Assembly: GCA_017640505.1 (NCBI GenBank)
Contig: JAEPQO010000001.1
Coordinates: 262,625-326,624, forward strand
Direction of reading: 5' to 3'
Source of the DNA: Rhodospirillales bacterium
GTDB taxonomy: Bacteria; Pseudomonadota; Alphaproteobacteria; Rhodospirillales; Casp-alpha2
Length of the DNA: 64,000 nucleotides
Positions 30,966 to 40,864 of the stretch are shown one piece after another. The stretch's first letter is position 1; each line of letters begins with the position of its first letter. Made by a program: the position numbers and the translations under genes. The notes under the pieces were generated by a model. That model was not told the origin of the DNA. It worked only from the letters and a program-made list of their open reading frames with translations, and did not search any database.

Positions 30966-31588
30966 GCCGCGGCCTCGTCACCGATCAGACCTTCGGCCTT
31001 CATTGCTTTCCGTACCGATGGCCGGTCTTGCACACGCGCCAGGTATTCATGCACGTGCGGCCACTGGCTGGTGTCGATGCCGACGAAGTTCGACCAGTTC
31101 AGGACGACGAATGCATAGGCGTCGGCGACCGAGAACGCATCACCCAACAGGTAAGGTTTTTCGGCCAGCGTTGCTTCGATGAATTTCACGCGCCGGGTTA
31201 CGCCGGCTTCCGCGTTGGCGCGTTCATCGTCGGTGAGGTCCTGACCGCTGAAGAAAGGCCCGAACGCCTTGTGCAATTCCGAGGACAGGAAATTCAACAT
31301 TTCCTGCAGCCGTATCCGTGCCATCGTTCCGGCCACGGGCACGAGACTACCGACCGTCGCACGGTCACCCAGCAATTGCAGGATCGCCGGGTTCTCGGTG
31401 ACGATGTCGCCACTGTCCAGCTGCAGCGCAGGCACGTATCCGTTGGGGCTTATCCGCGAGTAATCCGCACCGTTTTCGGTGCGTCCATTTGCCGTGTCGA
31501 CCTTCTCCAGATCAAACGGCGCACCAAGTTCGTTGAGAATGATGTGCGACGCCAACGAGCAGGCACCCGGTTTGTAGTATAGCTTCAT
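30962..31588 (-). CDS. glutathione S-transferase
   Basis: MKLYYKPGACSLASHIIL... beta-class GST N-terminus (Cys10 type); 208 aa. Confidence 0.85.
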   Translation of the reverse strand: MKLYYKPGACSLASHIILNELGAPFDLEKVDTANGRTENGADYSRISPNGYVPALQLDSGDIVTENPAILQLLGDRATVGSLVPVAGTMARIRLQEMLNFLSSELHKAFGPFFSGQDLTDDERANAEAGVTRRVKFIEATLAEKPYLLGDAFSVADAYAFVVLNWSNFVGIDTSQWPHVHEYLARVQDRPSVRKAMKAEGLIGDEAAA

Positions 31589-31705
31589 GGTTGATCTCCT
31601 TTCATGTAACCGGGCAATACATGAGCCGATGAGTTTCTATTGACAACCTAGTTTCTAACGGTAACTTAATTATTGAGTTTCTCCCAGGTAACCAGGTATC
31701 ACCCC

Positions 31706-32074
31706 ATGCCTCTCAAGATGCGTAAGAACAGAAGCCCCGCACCGCCCGAACCATGCATGCTGACGGAGTGCATGGCGGTGATTTCCGGTGCTTGGGCAGT
31801 TAATGTCATCTGGTCGCTGCGCGCCGGGCCGCGCCGGTTCAGCGAACTACGCGCCGACATCCCGCCGGTTTCCGCGAAGGTATTGTCGACGCGGCTGTCG
31901 GAGCTGGAAGAACGCGGTGTGCTGACGCGGAACGTCCGCCCGACATCGCCGCCATCCGTGGAATACGAACTTACGCCGCTTGGCGGTGAGCTGATCCCGG
32001 CACTCGACGCGATCGTCCAGGTCGGGCACCGGCTCAAGGACAACGGGAATCTGCCGCTGTCTGCAGCCGGCTGA
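31706..32074 (+). CDS. HxlR-family transcriptional regulator
   Basis: CMLTECMAVISGAWAVNVIWSL...RRFSELRADIPPVSAKVLSTRLSELEERGVL is the HxlR wHTH signature. Divergent from the GST operon. Confidence 0.8.
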   Translation: MPLKMRKNRSPAPPEPCMLTECMAVISGAWAVNVIWSLRAGPRRFSELRADIPPVSAKVLSTRLSELEERGVLTRNVRPTSPPSVEYELTPLGGELIPALDAIVQVGHRLKDNGNLPLSAAG

Positions 32075-32289
32075 GGGGCATGCACCGCCGATGTCCTGCC
32101 TGACATCGAAAAATCGAATGGCTGCGCCCATCAGATCTTCGACGCAAAGGTCGCAATTTCTCGGGCGCAGATGCCTGTGTCCCATTACCCCATTATTTTA
32201 TCTACGATTTTGGCACCACTTTTCGTATGTTTGATGCCGCATGGCGGGCGCCGTATAGCGCTCGCTGCGATCTGGTATGAGGAAACAGC

Positions 32290-33228
32290 ATGCGAAACCT
32301 AAAACAGCGGCTACCGCCATTGGCCTGCCTCGTCGCCTTCGAAGCGGCATCGCGGCACGGCAGCTTTTCGCATGCCGCCGAGGAACTGGCGTCGACCCAA
32401 TCCGCCGTAAGCCGGCAGATCAAGCAGCTCGAGGGTTTCTTTAACATCCAGCTCTTTGAGCGCCGTCATCGCGACGTTGTCGTCACCGACCGTGGGCGTT
32501 ATCTCGCCGAGGTCGTGTCCGAGACGCTCGGCGAGATCGCCATGGCCAGTGACCGGCTGCGGATGATGCGTGAATCTCGAAACATCTTCCGTCTCCGCAT
32601 CGATTCTGATCACGCCAACACGGTTCTGATCCCCCACCTGCAGGAGCTGGAGCATCGCTTTCCGGAGATCCAGCTCGACGTGATGATCACCTCAAACCCG
32701 CTCGACTTTCCTTTTGAGGCGTTCGACATCGGCTTTCATTCATACTCGATGGACTACAAGCACTACACGCGCACGCCGATTTCCGACGACTGGATCATAC
32801 CGGTCTGTTCGCCGGCGTTTGCCGAGTCCCTGCCCAGTCCCTGCACCGGCGAAGACATCGCCCGCGCGCGCTTGCTTCACTATCGCAACCCGCTCCGCGA
32901 ATGGACGGACTGGCGGGCATTCCTCTCAGAGTTTGGTGTCGACACCGATAAAGCCGACATGGGCCCGACTTTCAGTCAGTACTCGGCGTGTTTCGATGCC
33001 GCGGAGAACGGCTTGGGCATCGCACTCGCCTGGTTCAGCCAGGCGAAGGCGCGACTGGATCAAGGGAGCCTCGTGCGCGTTTCGGAATGCACGATGCATC
33101 TACCCAAAGACTTTGCCATTTACTCGGACGATACGACCTCGACGCATGCGTCGACGGAGGCGGTCGTCAATTTCTTTTGCAACAGGGTCGATCTGTCGCT
33201 CGGCGAGAACCAGTACCGGGTACGTTGA
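32290..33228 (+). CDS. LysR-family transcriptional regulator (GcvA-like)
   Basis: LPPLACLVAFEAASRHGSFSHAAEELASTQSAVSRQIKQLE HTH; 312 aa. Confidence 0.85.
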   Translation: MRNLKQRLPPLACLVAFEAASRHGSFSHAAEELASTQSAVSRQIKQLEGFFNIQLFERRHRDVVVTDRGRYLAEVVSETLGEIAMASDRLRMMRESRNIFRLRIDSDHANTVLIPHLQELEHRFPEIQLDVMITSNPLDFPFEAFDIGFHSYSMDYKHYTRTPISDDWIIPVCSPAFAESLPSPCTGEDIARARLLHYRNPLREWTDWRAFLSEFGVDTDKADMGPTFSQYSACFDAAENGLGIALAWFSQAKARLDQGSLVRVSECTMHLPKDFAIYSDDTTSTHASTEAVVNFFCNRVDLSLGENQYRVR

Positions 33229-33261
33229 CCCGGTGTTGATGCGGCACGTTGGCACGGAAGC

Positions 33262-33338
33262 TGGTGCGCCCGGCAGGATTCGAACCTGCGGCCCCAGGAT
33301 TAGGAATCCTGTGCTCTATCCGACTGAGCTACGGGCGC
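33262..33338 (-). tRNA. tRNA-Arg (anticodon CCU)
   Basis: The reverse complement folds as a cloverleaf: GCGCCCG acceptor, UAGCUCAGUCGGAUAGAGCA D-arm, CAGGA-UUCCUAA-UCCUG anticodon arm, GCAGG-UUCGAAU-CCUGC T-arm, CGGGCGC-A-CCA. Confidence 0.93.
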
Positions 33339-33395
33339 CTCGGGCTTTGACTACACCAGCCCGCTTCGCTTGGCAATCTTGCCGGCGCCCCTGAA

Positions 33396-34295
33396 TCAGG
33401 GTGCAGGTCGCCGGCGCAATGCCTTTTCGAACCAGTGGTGCGCATAGGGCTCGTCACTGAACCGGGGCACTTCCCGATAGCCCGCGTCCTGATAGAGCGC
33501 ACGCGCTTCCGCAAGGTTTCGGTTCGTCTCAAGACGCAATGTTCGAAGCTGAAGTTCCGCAGCCTGTTCTTCGAGGGCATCAAGCATCCGGCGCCCCAAT
33601 CCGAGACCGCGCACTTCGCTCGCGATCCACATGCGGCGGATATGGCCAATGAACCCGGTCTCGACGATCAATGCGCCGCATCCGACGGGACGACCGTCAA
33701 GTCTGGCGACAAGAAACACGCCGCGCGGCGGCGTCATTTCCGCGATCGGGGCCGGCAGCCCCTTGGCCGGGTTGAAGCCGGCGTCGAAACGCGCCGCGAT
33801 CTCGGCGAAGTATTCATTGAGGCACCACAGGGCCGCCGGGGAGCTGGCCTTTTCGGGCCCGATACGCACGGCGGCAGCACGAGTCAATCGTTCGACGTCC
33901 GCCATCGCCTCGATCAGGCGTTGCCGGTCGGCCGGGCGCAGCGGCGCAAGCAGTCCGGCGGCGACCGTGTCGCCGGCGCGGTCGATGTCGGCAAAAAGCC
34001 GCTTCCCCTTCGCCGTGAGTTCGATGCGCCGCACGCGTGCATCCGCCGCGGACGCATGCGTTGCGAGCAGTTTCCGCTCTTCAAGTTTCCGAAGAAGGCG
34101 GCTCATGTAACCGGAATCGAGCCCCAAGCGGTTCCTGAGATCGCGAACATCGATCCCGGTCGTACCGACTTCGTAGACCAGTCGCGCTTCGCCAAGAGGC
34201 AAGCCCAGTTTCTGATAGCTTTCCTGCAGCGCGCCGATGCGCTGGCTGAACGTGCGGTTAAACCTGCGAACGTCGGAAATTTGTTTTTTAGCCAT
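33396..34295 (-). CDS. MarR-type HTH fused to GNAT N-acetyltransferase
   Basis: N-terminal MarR wHTH (LGLDSGYMSRLLRKLEERKLL). C-terminal GNAT motif A (RMWIASEVRGLGLGRRMLDALE). Confidence 0.8.
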   Translation of the reverse strand: MAKKQISDVRRFNRTFSQRIGALQESYQKLGLPLGEARLVYEVGTTGIDVRDLRNRLGLDSGYMSRLLRKLEERKLLATHASAADARVRRIELTAKGKRLFADIDRAGDTVAAGLLAPLRPADRQRLIEAMADVERLTRAAAVRIGPEKASSPAALWCLNEYFAEIAARFDAGFNPAKGLPAPIAEMTPPRGVFLVARLDGRPVGCGALIVETGFIGHIRRMWIASEVRGLGLGRRMLDALEEQAAELQLRTLRLETNRNLAEARALYQDAGYREVPRFSDEPYAHHWFEKALRRRPAP

Positions 34296-34377
34296 TCTCT
34301 GACTTTAGTCAGATAATATTGCACGATCAATAGTCGACGAAGCGTGCCGATATGGATCACCTATGCGATCAGGCTGA

Positions 34378-34899
34378 TCAGTTGCCGAACAAGGTCGTCG
34401 GAATGGAGACGTTCACCATCAGTGACTCGGTACCCGGATTGGTGTCGCCCAGGCTGGCATTGGAACTGTGCGAAAACGAAAGGCCGAGACGGGATTTGTC
34501 GGGAAAGCGGTAAGCAACCTCGAGCCGGGAGCGGAATTCCAACGCGTAACCGAGATCGAGATCGTCGGTCTTGCCACGCCACCACGTCGGTGCGAACGAC
34601 GGCTGGATAATCCAGTTGTCGCCGACCTGCACGTCGATCAACACGCCGGCCCCGACGAAGCTCATGCCGTTCGTGACGTACGCGGCATGTGCAAACGGCT
34701 TGAAAATCCACAGTTCGACATCGGAGCGATATTCGAGGGAAAACTCGGCGCCTTCGTCTTTTTGCCGGTTGATGTCGAAGTAACCGCCGGAAAACGTCAG
34801 GTACGCGGGATCCTTGGCGAGCTCGATGCCGTCGGCCAAGGCAGGCTGAGCCAGCAGCACGATCGCCAGCAGCAATGCTCTCTGGAAAATAACCGCCAT
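34378..34899 (-). CDS. acyloxyacyl hydrolase (PagL-like lipid A deacylase, outer-membrane beta-barrel)
   Basis: Signal peptide MAVIFQRALLLAIVLLAQPALA, alternating beta-strand pattern, SHSSNASLG (H-x-S-N catalytic motif). Confidence 0.7.
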   Translation of the reverse strand: MAVIFQRALLLAIVLLAQPALADGIELAKDPAYLTFSGGYFDINRQKDEGAEFSLEYRSDVELWIFKPFAHAAYVTNGMSFVGAGVLIDVQVGDNWIIQPSFAPTWWRGKTDDLDLGYALEFRSRLEVAYRFPDKSRLGLSFSHSSNASLGDTNPGTESLMVNVSIPTTLFGN

Positions 34900-34961
34900 G
34901 ACGTGTCCCCCTAAATTCCCGTGCACTTTACTGTCAGGCCTCAGAGGGGTCAATTCCGGCG

Positions 34962-35921
34962 TCAGATCCGGTCTTTCATGCTTTCCGTTGCACGCACAAG
35001 CTGTGAGCGGATACCCGGCTCCATCGCCGAATGGCCTGCATCCGGCACGATTCGGTAGTCAATTTCGGGCCACGCACGCACCAGCGCGTCCGCGGTCCGG
35101 ATCGGACAAACCATGTCATACCGTCCCTGCACAACGACGCAGGGCAGATGCCGAAGGCCCGGCACACCATCGAGAATCTCGGTGTCGCCAATAAAGACAT
35201 CGTTGATGAAAAAGTGTGCTTCGATCCGCGCCAGCGAAAGGGCGCCGCTTGAAGCCTGCGGAGGCGCTTCGCTCGGGCTCGCCAGCAAATTGGAGCACGA
35301 CGTTTCGTATCCCGCCCAGTAGGCGGCCGCCGGCATATGAACTTCCGGCGACGGGTCGACCAGACGCATGTGGTATGCCGTCAGCAGGTCGCTTTGTTCA
35401 GCATCCGGTATATTCTCGGAAAACCGGCGCCAAGCCTCTGGAAAGACGGTGCGCATGCCGTAAAGGAACCAGTCGAGTTCCGCGTTGCTGCCAAGGAAGA
35501 TCCCCCTGAGCACAAGACCGCGGCAGCGCGACGTGTGCCGCAGCGCATAGACGAGCGCCAAGGTCGATCCCCACGATCCGCCGAACACGAGCCAGTTCTG
35601 AATATTCAGATGCGTGCGCAGGCTTTCGATGTCCTGGACGAGGTGATCGGTCGTGTTGTTTTCGACCGATGCAAACGGCCGGGAGCGACCGGCACCCCGC
35701 TGGTCGAAAATGACGATACGATACACATCCGGATCGAAAAACCGCCTGTGCGCCGGGTTCGACCCCGCGCCGGGTCCGCCGTGCAGGAAAACAACCGGGA
35801 TACCCTGCGGGTTACCCGACTGCTCATAATAAAGTCGATGACCGTCGCCGACGTCGAGCATGCCTCGGTCGTAGGGCTCGATCTTCGGGTAAAGATCCAT
35901 ATGCCGGGGAGCTGTATCCAT
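34962..35921 (-). CDS. pip: prolyl aminopeptidase (proline iminopeptidase)
   Basis: LHGGPG, GGSWGSTLAL nucleophile motif; 319 aa. Confidence 0.9.
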   Translation of the reverse strand: MDTAPRHMDLYPKIEPYDRGMLDVGDGHRLYYEQSGNPQGIPVVFLHGGPGAGSNPAHRRFFDPDVYRIVIFDQRGAGRSRPFASVENNTTDHLVQDIESLRTHLNIQNWLVFGGSWGSTLALVYALRHTSRCRGLVLRGIFLGSNAELDWFLYGMRTVFPEAWRRFSENIPDAEQSDLLTAYHMRLVDPSPEVHMPAAAYWAGYETSCSNLLASPSEAPPQASSGALSLARIEAHFFINDVFIGDTEILDGVPGLRHLPCVVVQGRYDMVCPIRTADALVRAWPEIDYRIVPDAGHSAMEPGIRSQLVRATESMKDRI

Positions 35922-35960
35922 GGACTTACTTTAGCAACGCGCGCACGCGGGGGGAAAGCC

Positions 35961-36833
35961 TCAACGTACCCTGCCCGGCGAAAAACGCCCGACACGAATG
36001 GCCTCGGTGATTTCTATGTATTCAGGGTCGTCCGGCTCAAGCACCCCGTGCCGGACGGCGAAATCAATGATAACCAGCGCCGCGTTGAACTTGAAATCGT
36101 CGGTCTCGCGGATACGCGCAATGACGTCGCCGATTGGCCAGAGATAAAACTCGTCGACCTCGCCATCGGTCGGCGTCGGCTGAAAACGTTCCGGCAGTTC
36201 GATATCGTAATTGAACAGCACATCATGGCGCAGGCCTTCGTCGCGCTCCGTCAGGTAGGAAACGGTACCGACAGGAACGGCGCAACGGGCCAGGTCGTCC
36301 GGCATACCCGCTTCTTCCCCGCATTCCTTCATCAGGTTATCCCACACCGAAAGGCCCACCGGTTGCCCGCCGGCAACTACCTGATCCAACTTTCCGGGAC
36401 CCGTCGGTTTCCGCATCGAGCGCTTGCCGATCCACATGCGTATCCCGTCGTCACCCTTAACGTACCCGTTCAGATGCACACCGTATCCCATGGTGCCGAA
36501 CCTTGGCACGGTGGCCCGCTCCACCGTTAGTGCCGGCGCCGCGTAAAAACTCTTCGACACCGGATAGTGTTCGCCGCGCCAGCCCGGGAACATGCCTTCC
36601 GCCCTCAGTTGCGCCAGCACGTCTGCAACAGCAGCCGTCCGCGCGTCCGGTGTTGCCAGATCTGGCGAAAGCACAACATCACTACTTGAAACGCCGAAAA
36701 CCTCACCGTATGCCGACAAAGTCTCGGCGAAGGCATGGTCAACACGACCCAACGGCATGCCGTCGACGATGAAAGTCCGATAGTTCGCCGGCGTGAAGCG
36801 TGCGCAGGCGTCAAGACGGTCGATCAAACTCAA
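35961..36833 (-). CDS. NUDIX hydrolase with N-terminal accessory domain
   Basis: Nudix box GGQPVGLSVWDNLMKECGEEAGM; 290 aa. Confidence 0.75.
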   Translation of the reverse strand: MSLIDRLDACARFTPANYRTFIVDGMPLGRVDHAFAETLSAYGEVFGVSSSDVVLSPDLATPDARTAAVADVLAQLRAEGMFPGWRGEHYPVSKSFYAAPALTVERATVPRFGTMGYGVHLNGYVKGDDGIRMWIGKRSMRKPTGPGKLDQVVAGGQPVGLSVWDNLMKECGEEAGMPDDLARCAVPVGTVSYLTERDEGLRHDVLFNYDIELPERFQPTPTDGEVDEFYLWPIGDVIARIRETDDFKFNAALVIIDFAVRHGVLEPDDPEYIEITEAIRVGRFSPGRVR

Positions 36834-36852
36834 GGCCTGCTCTCCATGATTG

Positions 36853-37161
36853 TCAGATGCGTTCCGCCGCGCGCTTTTCCGACGTCAGCACGGTCTGCAC
36901 CAGATACAGCCCGCGCAGATCGTTGGCGAGTCGCCAGCTCGTTTCCGCGTCGGCATCTGCCAGCTGAAGATCGACGTGCAGGGTCTCGCCCCGCTCGCCG
37001 GTCCGCATGGCATAAACGTGCGACGGGGTGAGGCCACGTTTGGTAAACGGCTCCAGGACCCGGCTCAGCGCATTGGGGTCGCTTGCGGAAACGACGGAGA
37101 AACAGGCGGTAAACGGTTCGGGGTTCTGGGCCGGCTCGGGGCGGCCCGCTTGGGTGCTCAT
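36853..37161 (-). CDS. hypothetical protein (ACT-like size and pattern)
   Basis: Start trimmed to ATG 37161; 102 aa; no motif recognised. Confidence 0.4.
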   Translation of the reverse strand: MSTQAGRPEPAQNPEPFTACFSVVSASDPNALSRVLEPFTKRGLTPSHVYAMRTGERGETLHVDLQLADADAETSWRLANDLRGLYLVQTVLTSEKRAAERI

Positions 37162-37345
37162 AACGTAATCCTTTCGACGGGTGATCGGTAAAGCGCACAA
37201 ATGAACGTGCGTGTCCCGGCAACCTCAGAGGGTCACCGGGTCCGTAATTCGACCAATCACACGTAGCGAAAAGAATGTCGTCATGGGGCAGAGCATACGC
37301 CGATTGATTCTGGCGTCAAGGGGACGTCCGTTTACCGCTGTCACA

Positions 37346-37374
37346 CAAAAAAAGCTGCCGGACTTTCATCCGGC
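37346..37374 (-). terminator. intrinsic terminator downstream of gcrA
   Basis: Minus-strand UGCCGGA-ugaaag-UCCGGCA followed by GC and a U7 run (plus-strand A-run 37346-37352). Confidence 0.7.
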
Positions 37375-37424
37375 AACTCCGATGGATCGTTTTCTTGGCT
37401 GCGGCGCTGGCCGCCACTTCGATG

Positions 37425-37796
37425 TCAGCCGTTGGCAGCACGCTTGCGGCGGTCTTCCTTGGACGGCTTGACGTACGCACGCTCACAGTGGGTCTCGCAG
37501 TAAGGGCGGCCAGGCGCCGCCTTGTCACCACAGAAATGAAAATCGTCAGTCGCCGGATCGCCGGTCGGCCAGACGCACATCCCGGGCCGAAGCTGCGCCA
37601 TCGATACGACGTTGGTCTTCTTCTCGGGCTTGGGCTTAATCGGCGAACCGCGTTTCGGCAGACCAAGGCGATGAACCTTTCCGACCACCGCGTTCTTGGT
37701 GATCCCCATGCGGCTTCCGATTTCGCTGGTGGTATGTCCTTCGTTCCAAAGGGCGATCAGTGTCTTGATATGCTCCGGTGTCCACTCGAAGGTCAT
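37425..37796 (-). CDS. gcrA: GcrA cell-cycle regulator
   Basis: MTFEWTPEHIKTLIALWNEGHTTSEIGSRMGITKNAVVGKVHRLGLP plus a C-terminal Cys-containing conserved block (CVWPTGDP...FCGDKAAPGRPYCETHCERAY). GAGGAG precedes ATG 37796. Confidence 0.9.
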   Translation of the reverse strand: MTFEWTPEHIKTLIALWNEGHTTSEIGSRMGITKNAVVGKVHRLGLPKRGSPIKPKPEKKTNVVSMAQLRPGMCVWPTGDPATDDFHFCGDKAAPGRPYCETHCERAYVKPSKEDRRKRAANG

Positions 37797-38057
37797 GTCG
37801 GTCTCCTCGGCTTGCCCCTGACGGCAAAGTGATTGCATCCCCTACTCACGGCCAATTCAGCGCTCGATCCGTGATTTCAGACACCATATTTTGTTTCGAA
37901 GAGCCTGGCAATCGCATCATGTGGATAACTGCGCAATATTTTGGGGTTGACATGATTTTTCCCCATTTTCCATTTCGCACCTGCAAAATTCATGGAAGAG
38001 TCGGCGGCCGCTCGTTTATAATTCCCCCTCTTGGGAGAGAAGCGTTCGGAGGAAGAA

Positions 38058-40211
38058 ATGACGGTTAAAAACAATCCGGGAACGGATGACTGGCGCGCCG
38101 CTTCGGAAACGGAACTGAAGGGCAAAAGCGTCGACGACCTGAACTGGGAAACGCCTGAAGGCATCACCGTCAAGCCGCTTTATACCGCCGCCGATCTCGA
38201 AGGCCTTAAGCACATCGACACGCTGCCCGGTTTTGCACCGTTCGTACGCGGACCGCGCGCGACGATGTACGCGAACCGGCCGTGGACCATTCGCCAATAT
38301 GCCGGCTTTTCGACGGCTGAAGAATCCAACAAGTTCTACCGCGAAAACCTCGCCGCCGGGCAGAAGGGCCTGAGCGTCGCGTTCGATCTGGCGACCCATC
38401 GCGGCTACGATTCCGATCATGCGCGCGTTATCGGCGACGTCGGCAAGGCAGGCGTCGCCATCGACAGCGTCGAGGACATGAAGATCCTGTTCGACGGCAT
38501 TCCGCTGGACGAGATGTCGGTCTCCATGACCATGAACGGCGCCGTGTTGCCGGTGCTTGCGGGCTACATTGTCGCCGCCGAGGAACAAGGCGTTAGTGCC
38601 GACAAGCTGTCGGGCACGATCCAGAACGATATCCTGAAAGAGTTTATGGTTCGGAACACTTATATATATCCGCCTGAACCGTCGATGCGGATTGTCGCCG
38701 ACATCATCGGTTACACCGCCGAGCACATGCCGCGCTTCAACTCGATCTCGATTTCCGGCTATCACATGCAGGAAGCGGGCGCCACGTGTGTACAGGAACT
38801 GGCTTACACGCTTGCCGACGGGGTCGAATATGTGCGCGCCGCAATCGCCAAGGGACTGGACGTCGACAAGTTTGCGCCGCGCCTGTCGTTCTTCTTCTGC
38901 ATCGGCATGAACTTCTTTATGGAAGTCGCCAAGCTCCGCGCCGCGCGCATTCTGTGGTCGGAGTTAATGAGCGAGTTCGATCCGAAGGACCCGCGCTCCA
39001 GCATGCTGCGCACGCACTGCCAGACGTCGGGTGTCTCGCTGACCGAGAAAGACGCTTATAATAATGTCATCCGCACAACGATCGAGGCGATGGCCGCAGT
39101 ACTTGGTGGCACGCAGTCGCTGCACACCAATGCGCTTGATGAAGCGATCGGCCTGCCGACACGTTTTTCGGCCCGGATCGCACGCAACACGCAGCTGATC
39201 ATCGCCGAGGAAAGCGGCATCCCGCACGTGGTCGATCCGCTCGGCGGCAGCTATTATGTGGAGAGCCTGACCAATTCGATGGTCGTCGAAGCCCGCAAGC
39301 TCATTGCCGAGGTGGAAGAGATGGGCGGCATGACCAAGGCCGTCGCCGCCGGCCTGCCGAAGCTCAGGATCGAGGAAGCCGCAGCCCGCAAGCAGGCCCG
39401 CATCGACCGTGGCGAGGAAGTTGTCGTCGGCGTCAACAAGTACCAGCGCAGCGACGAAGACAGCATCGACATTCTGGATATCGACAACGCCAAGGTGCGC
39501 GAGTCCCAGGTCACGCGCCTTCAGACCATCCGCAACACCCGCGACCAGGCGGCGTGCGACGAAGCACTGGCTGCACTGACCAAGGCAGCGGAAACGGGCG
39601 AAGGGAACCTGCTTGAACTCGCTGTCGAAGCCACTCGCAAGCGTGCCACCGTCGGCGAAATCTCAGATGCGCTTGAAAAGGTTTATACGCGCTACCGCGC
39701 GGAGATCCGTTCGATCTCAGGTGTTTATGGCTCGGCCTACGACGAGGACGCGAGTTTCAAACAGATCCGCGACGACGTCGCTGCGTTTGCCGAGGCCGAA
39801 GGCCGCCGGCCGCGCATGCTTGTCGTCAAGATGGGACAAGACGGACATGACCGCGGCGCCAAGGTCATCGCGACAGCCTTCGCCGACATCGGCTTCGACG
39901 TCGACGTCGGCCCGCTGTTCCAGACGCCGGAAGAAGCCGCCCGCGAAGCCATCGAGAACGATGTCCACGTAATCGGCGTATCGTCACAGGCGGCCGGACA
40001 CAAAACCCTGGTTCCGGAACTGATCGAAGAACTTAAGAAACAGGGTGCTGAAGACATTATGGTCGTCTGCGGCGGCGTGATCCCGACGCAGGACTATGAC
40101 TTCCTGTTCGCCAAGGGTGTGGCTGCGGTCTATGGCCCCGGCACGCACATCCCGACGGCGGCAGCGGAAATTCTCGACCGGCTGTCGAAAAAACCGCAGG
40201 CGGCCGAGTAA
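38058..40211 (+). CDS. methylmalonyl-CoA mutase (single large subunit with B12-binding domain)
   Basis: ~717 aa. [18 protein letters not shown], substrate barrel, C-terminal B12 domain ([13 protein letters not shown]). ATG 38058 follows GGAGGA; the track start 38031 is possible. Confidence 0.93.
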   Translation: MTVKNNPGTDDWRAASETELKGKSVDDLNWETPEGITVKPLYTAADLEGLKHIDTLPGFAPFVRGPRATMYANRPWTIRQYAGFSTAEESNKFYRENLAAGQKGLSVAFDLATHRGYDSDHARVIGDVGKAGVAIDSVEDMKILFDGIPLDEMSVSMTMNGAVLPVLAGYIVAAEEQGVSADKLSGTIQNDILKEFMVRNTYIYPPEPSMRIVADIIGYTAEHMPRFNSISISGYHMQEAGATCVQELAYTLADGVEYVRAAIAKGLDVDKFAPRLSFFFCIGMNFFMEVAKLRAARILWSELMSEFDPKDPRSSMLRTHCQTSGVSLTEKDAYNNVIRTTIEAMAAVLGGTQSLHTNALDEAIGLPTRFSARIARNTQLIIAEESGIPHVVDPLGGSYYVESLTNSMVVEARKLIAEVEEMGGMTKAVAAGLPKLRIEEAAARKQARIDRGEEVVVGVNKYQRSDEDSIDILDIDNAKVRESQVTRLQTIRNTRDQAACDEALAALTKAAETGEGNLLELAVEATRKRATVGEISDALEKVYTRYRAEIRSISGVYGSAYDEDASFKQIRDDVAAFAEAEGRRPRMLVVKMGQDGHDRGAKVIATAFADIGFDVDVGPLFQTPEEAAREAIENDVHVIGVSSQAAGHKTLVPELIEELKKQGAEDIMVVCGGVIPTQDYDFLFAKGVAAVYGPGTHIPTAAAEILDRLSKKPQAAE

Positions 40212-40212
40212 G

Positions 40213-40749
40213 TCAGAACGCGCGAAGCAGAATCCAGATCAGTGCTCCGACTGTCAGAATAACGGTCGGGTAGAACGTGAGGGCGAAGCCAAAGGCACGT
40301 GCGCCGGCACCCTTCGCGTAGCCTTCGACAAAGAAAATACGGCCAATGACAAAGAGCACGACCGCGGCTGGAATGGCGGCCTGGGCGCCGAATGGCATGA
40401 TCGATGCCCAAAAAAGGTGCGCAACAACGGCAATCACGGATTGCTCCAGCGTGTTCTGCAAAACCGCCTGAAGGACTTGCGCCCGCGCCGTACCGGATGT
40501 CAGGCCGCTGCCGTCAATATCTGCCGGTGTAAGAAAGCGATGCCGCGCCAGCGTGCCGATGGCAAGGATAAGACACACGAGGATACCGGCATCCCACGTG
40601 AGCGCCCACGTGAGGGATGTCGCGGAGTCGACAGGCGGCAGCAGGAATGCCGGCCCCATGACCGCCGCCGTGCCAAGCGCGGCGAGGCTGAGCACCAGAG
40701 CCGACAACATATTTCGCAGGACATGTCGTTGCTTTTCGTCAAGCGGCAT
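40213..40749 (-). CDS. MAPEG-family membrane protein
   Basis: 178 aa, four hydrophobic helices, RIFFVEGY..GAGARAFGF pattern. Confidence 0.55.
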   Translation of the reverse strand: MPLDEKQRHVLRNMLSALVLSLAALGTAAVMGPAFLLPPVDSATSLTWALTWDAGILVCLILAIGTLARHRFLTPADIDGSGLTSGTARAQVLQAVLQNTLEQSVIAVVAHLFWASIMPFGAQAAIPAAVVLFVIGRIFFVEGYAKGAGARAFGFALTFYPTVILTVGALIWILLRAF

Positions 40750-40864
40750 TTCCGAAGCCTTTCACATCATGGATGCCATCGGCCCACGTCCCGATGGTAG
40801 CACACATGACGGCTGTGATCGTCGGACATGTCGGACCGGAATACGCATGAGTTGTCCGAATACG

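Noticed and set aside
33240-33400. tRNA-Arg(CCU) as a possible integration site for a genomic island.
   Set aside because: No integrase and no duplicated tRNA 3'-end fragment appear on either side, and the flanking genes (LysR, MarR-GNAT, PagL-like, pip) look like ordinary chromosomal genes of host composition. The phage-like cluster is 7.5 kb away and not tRNA-associated.
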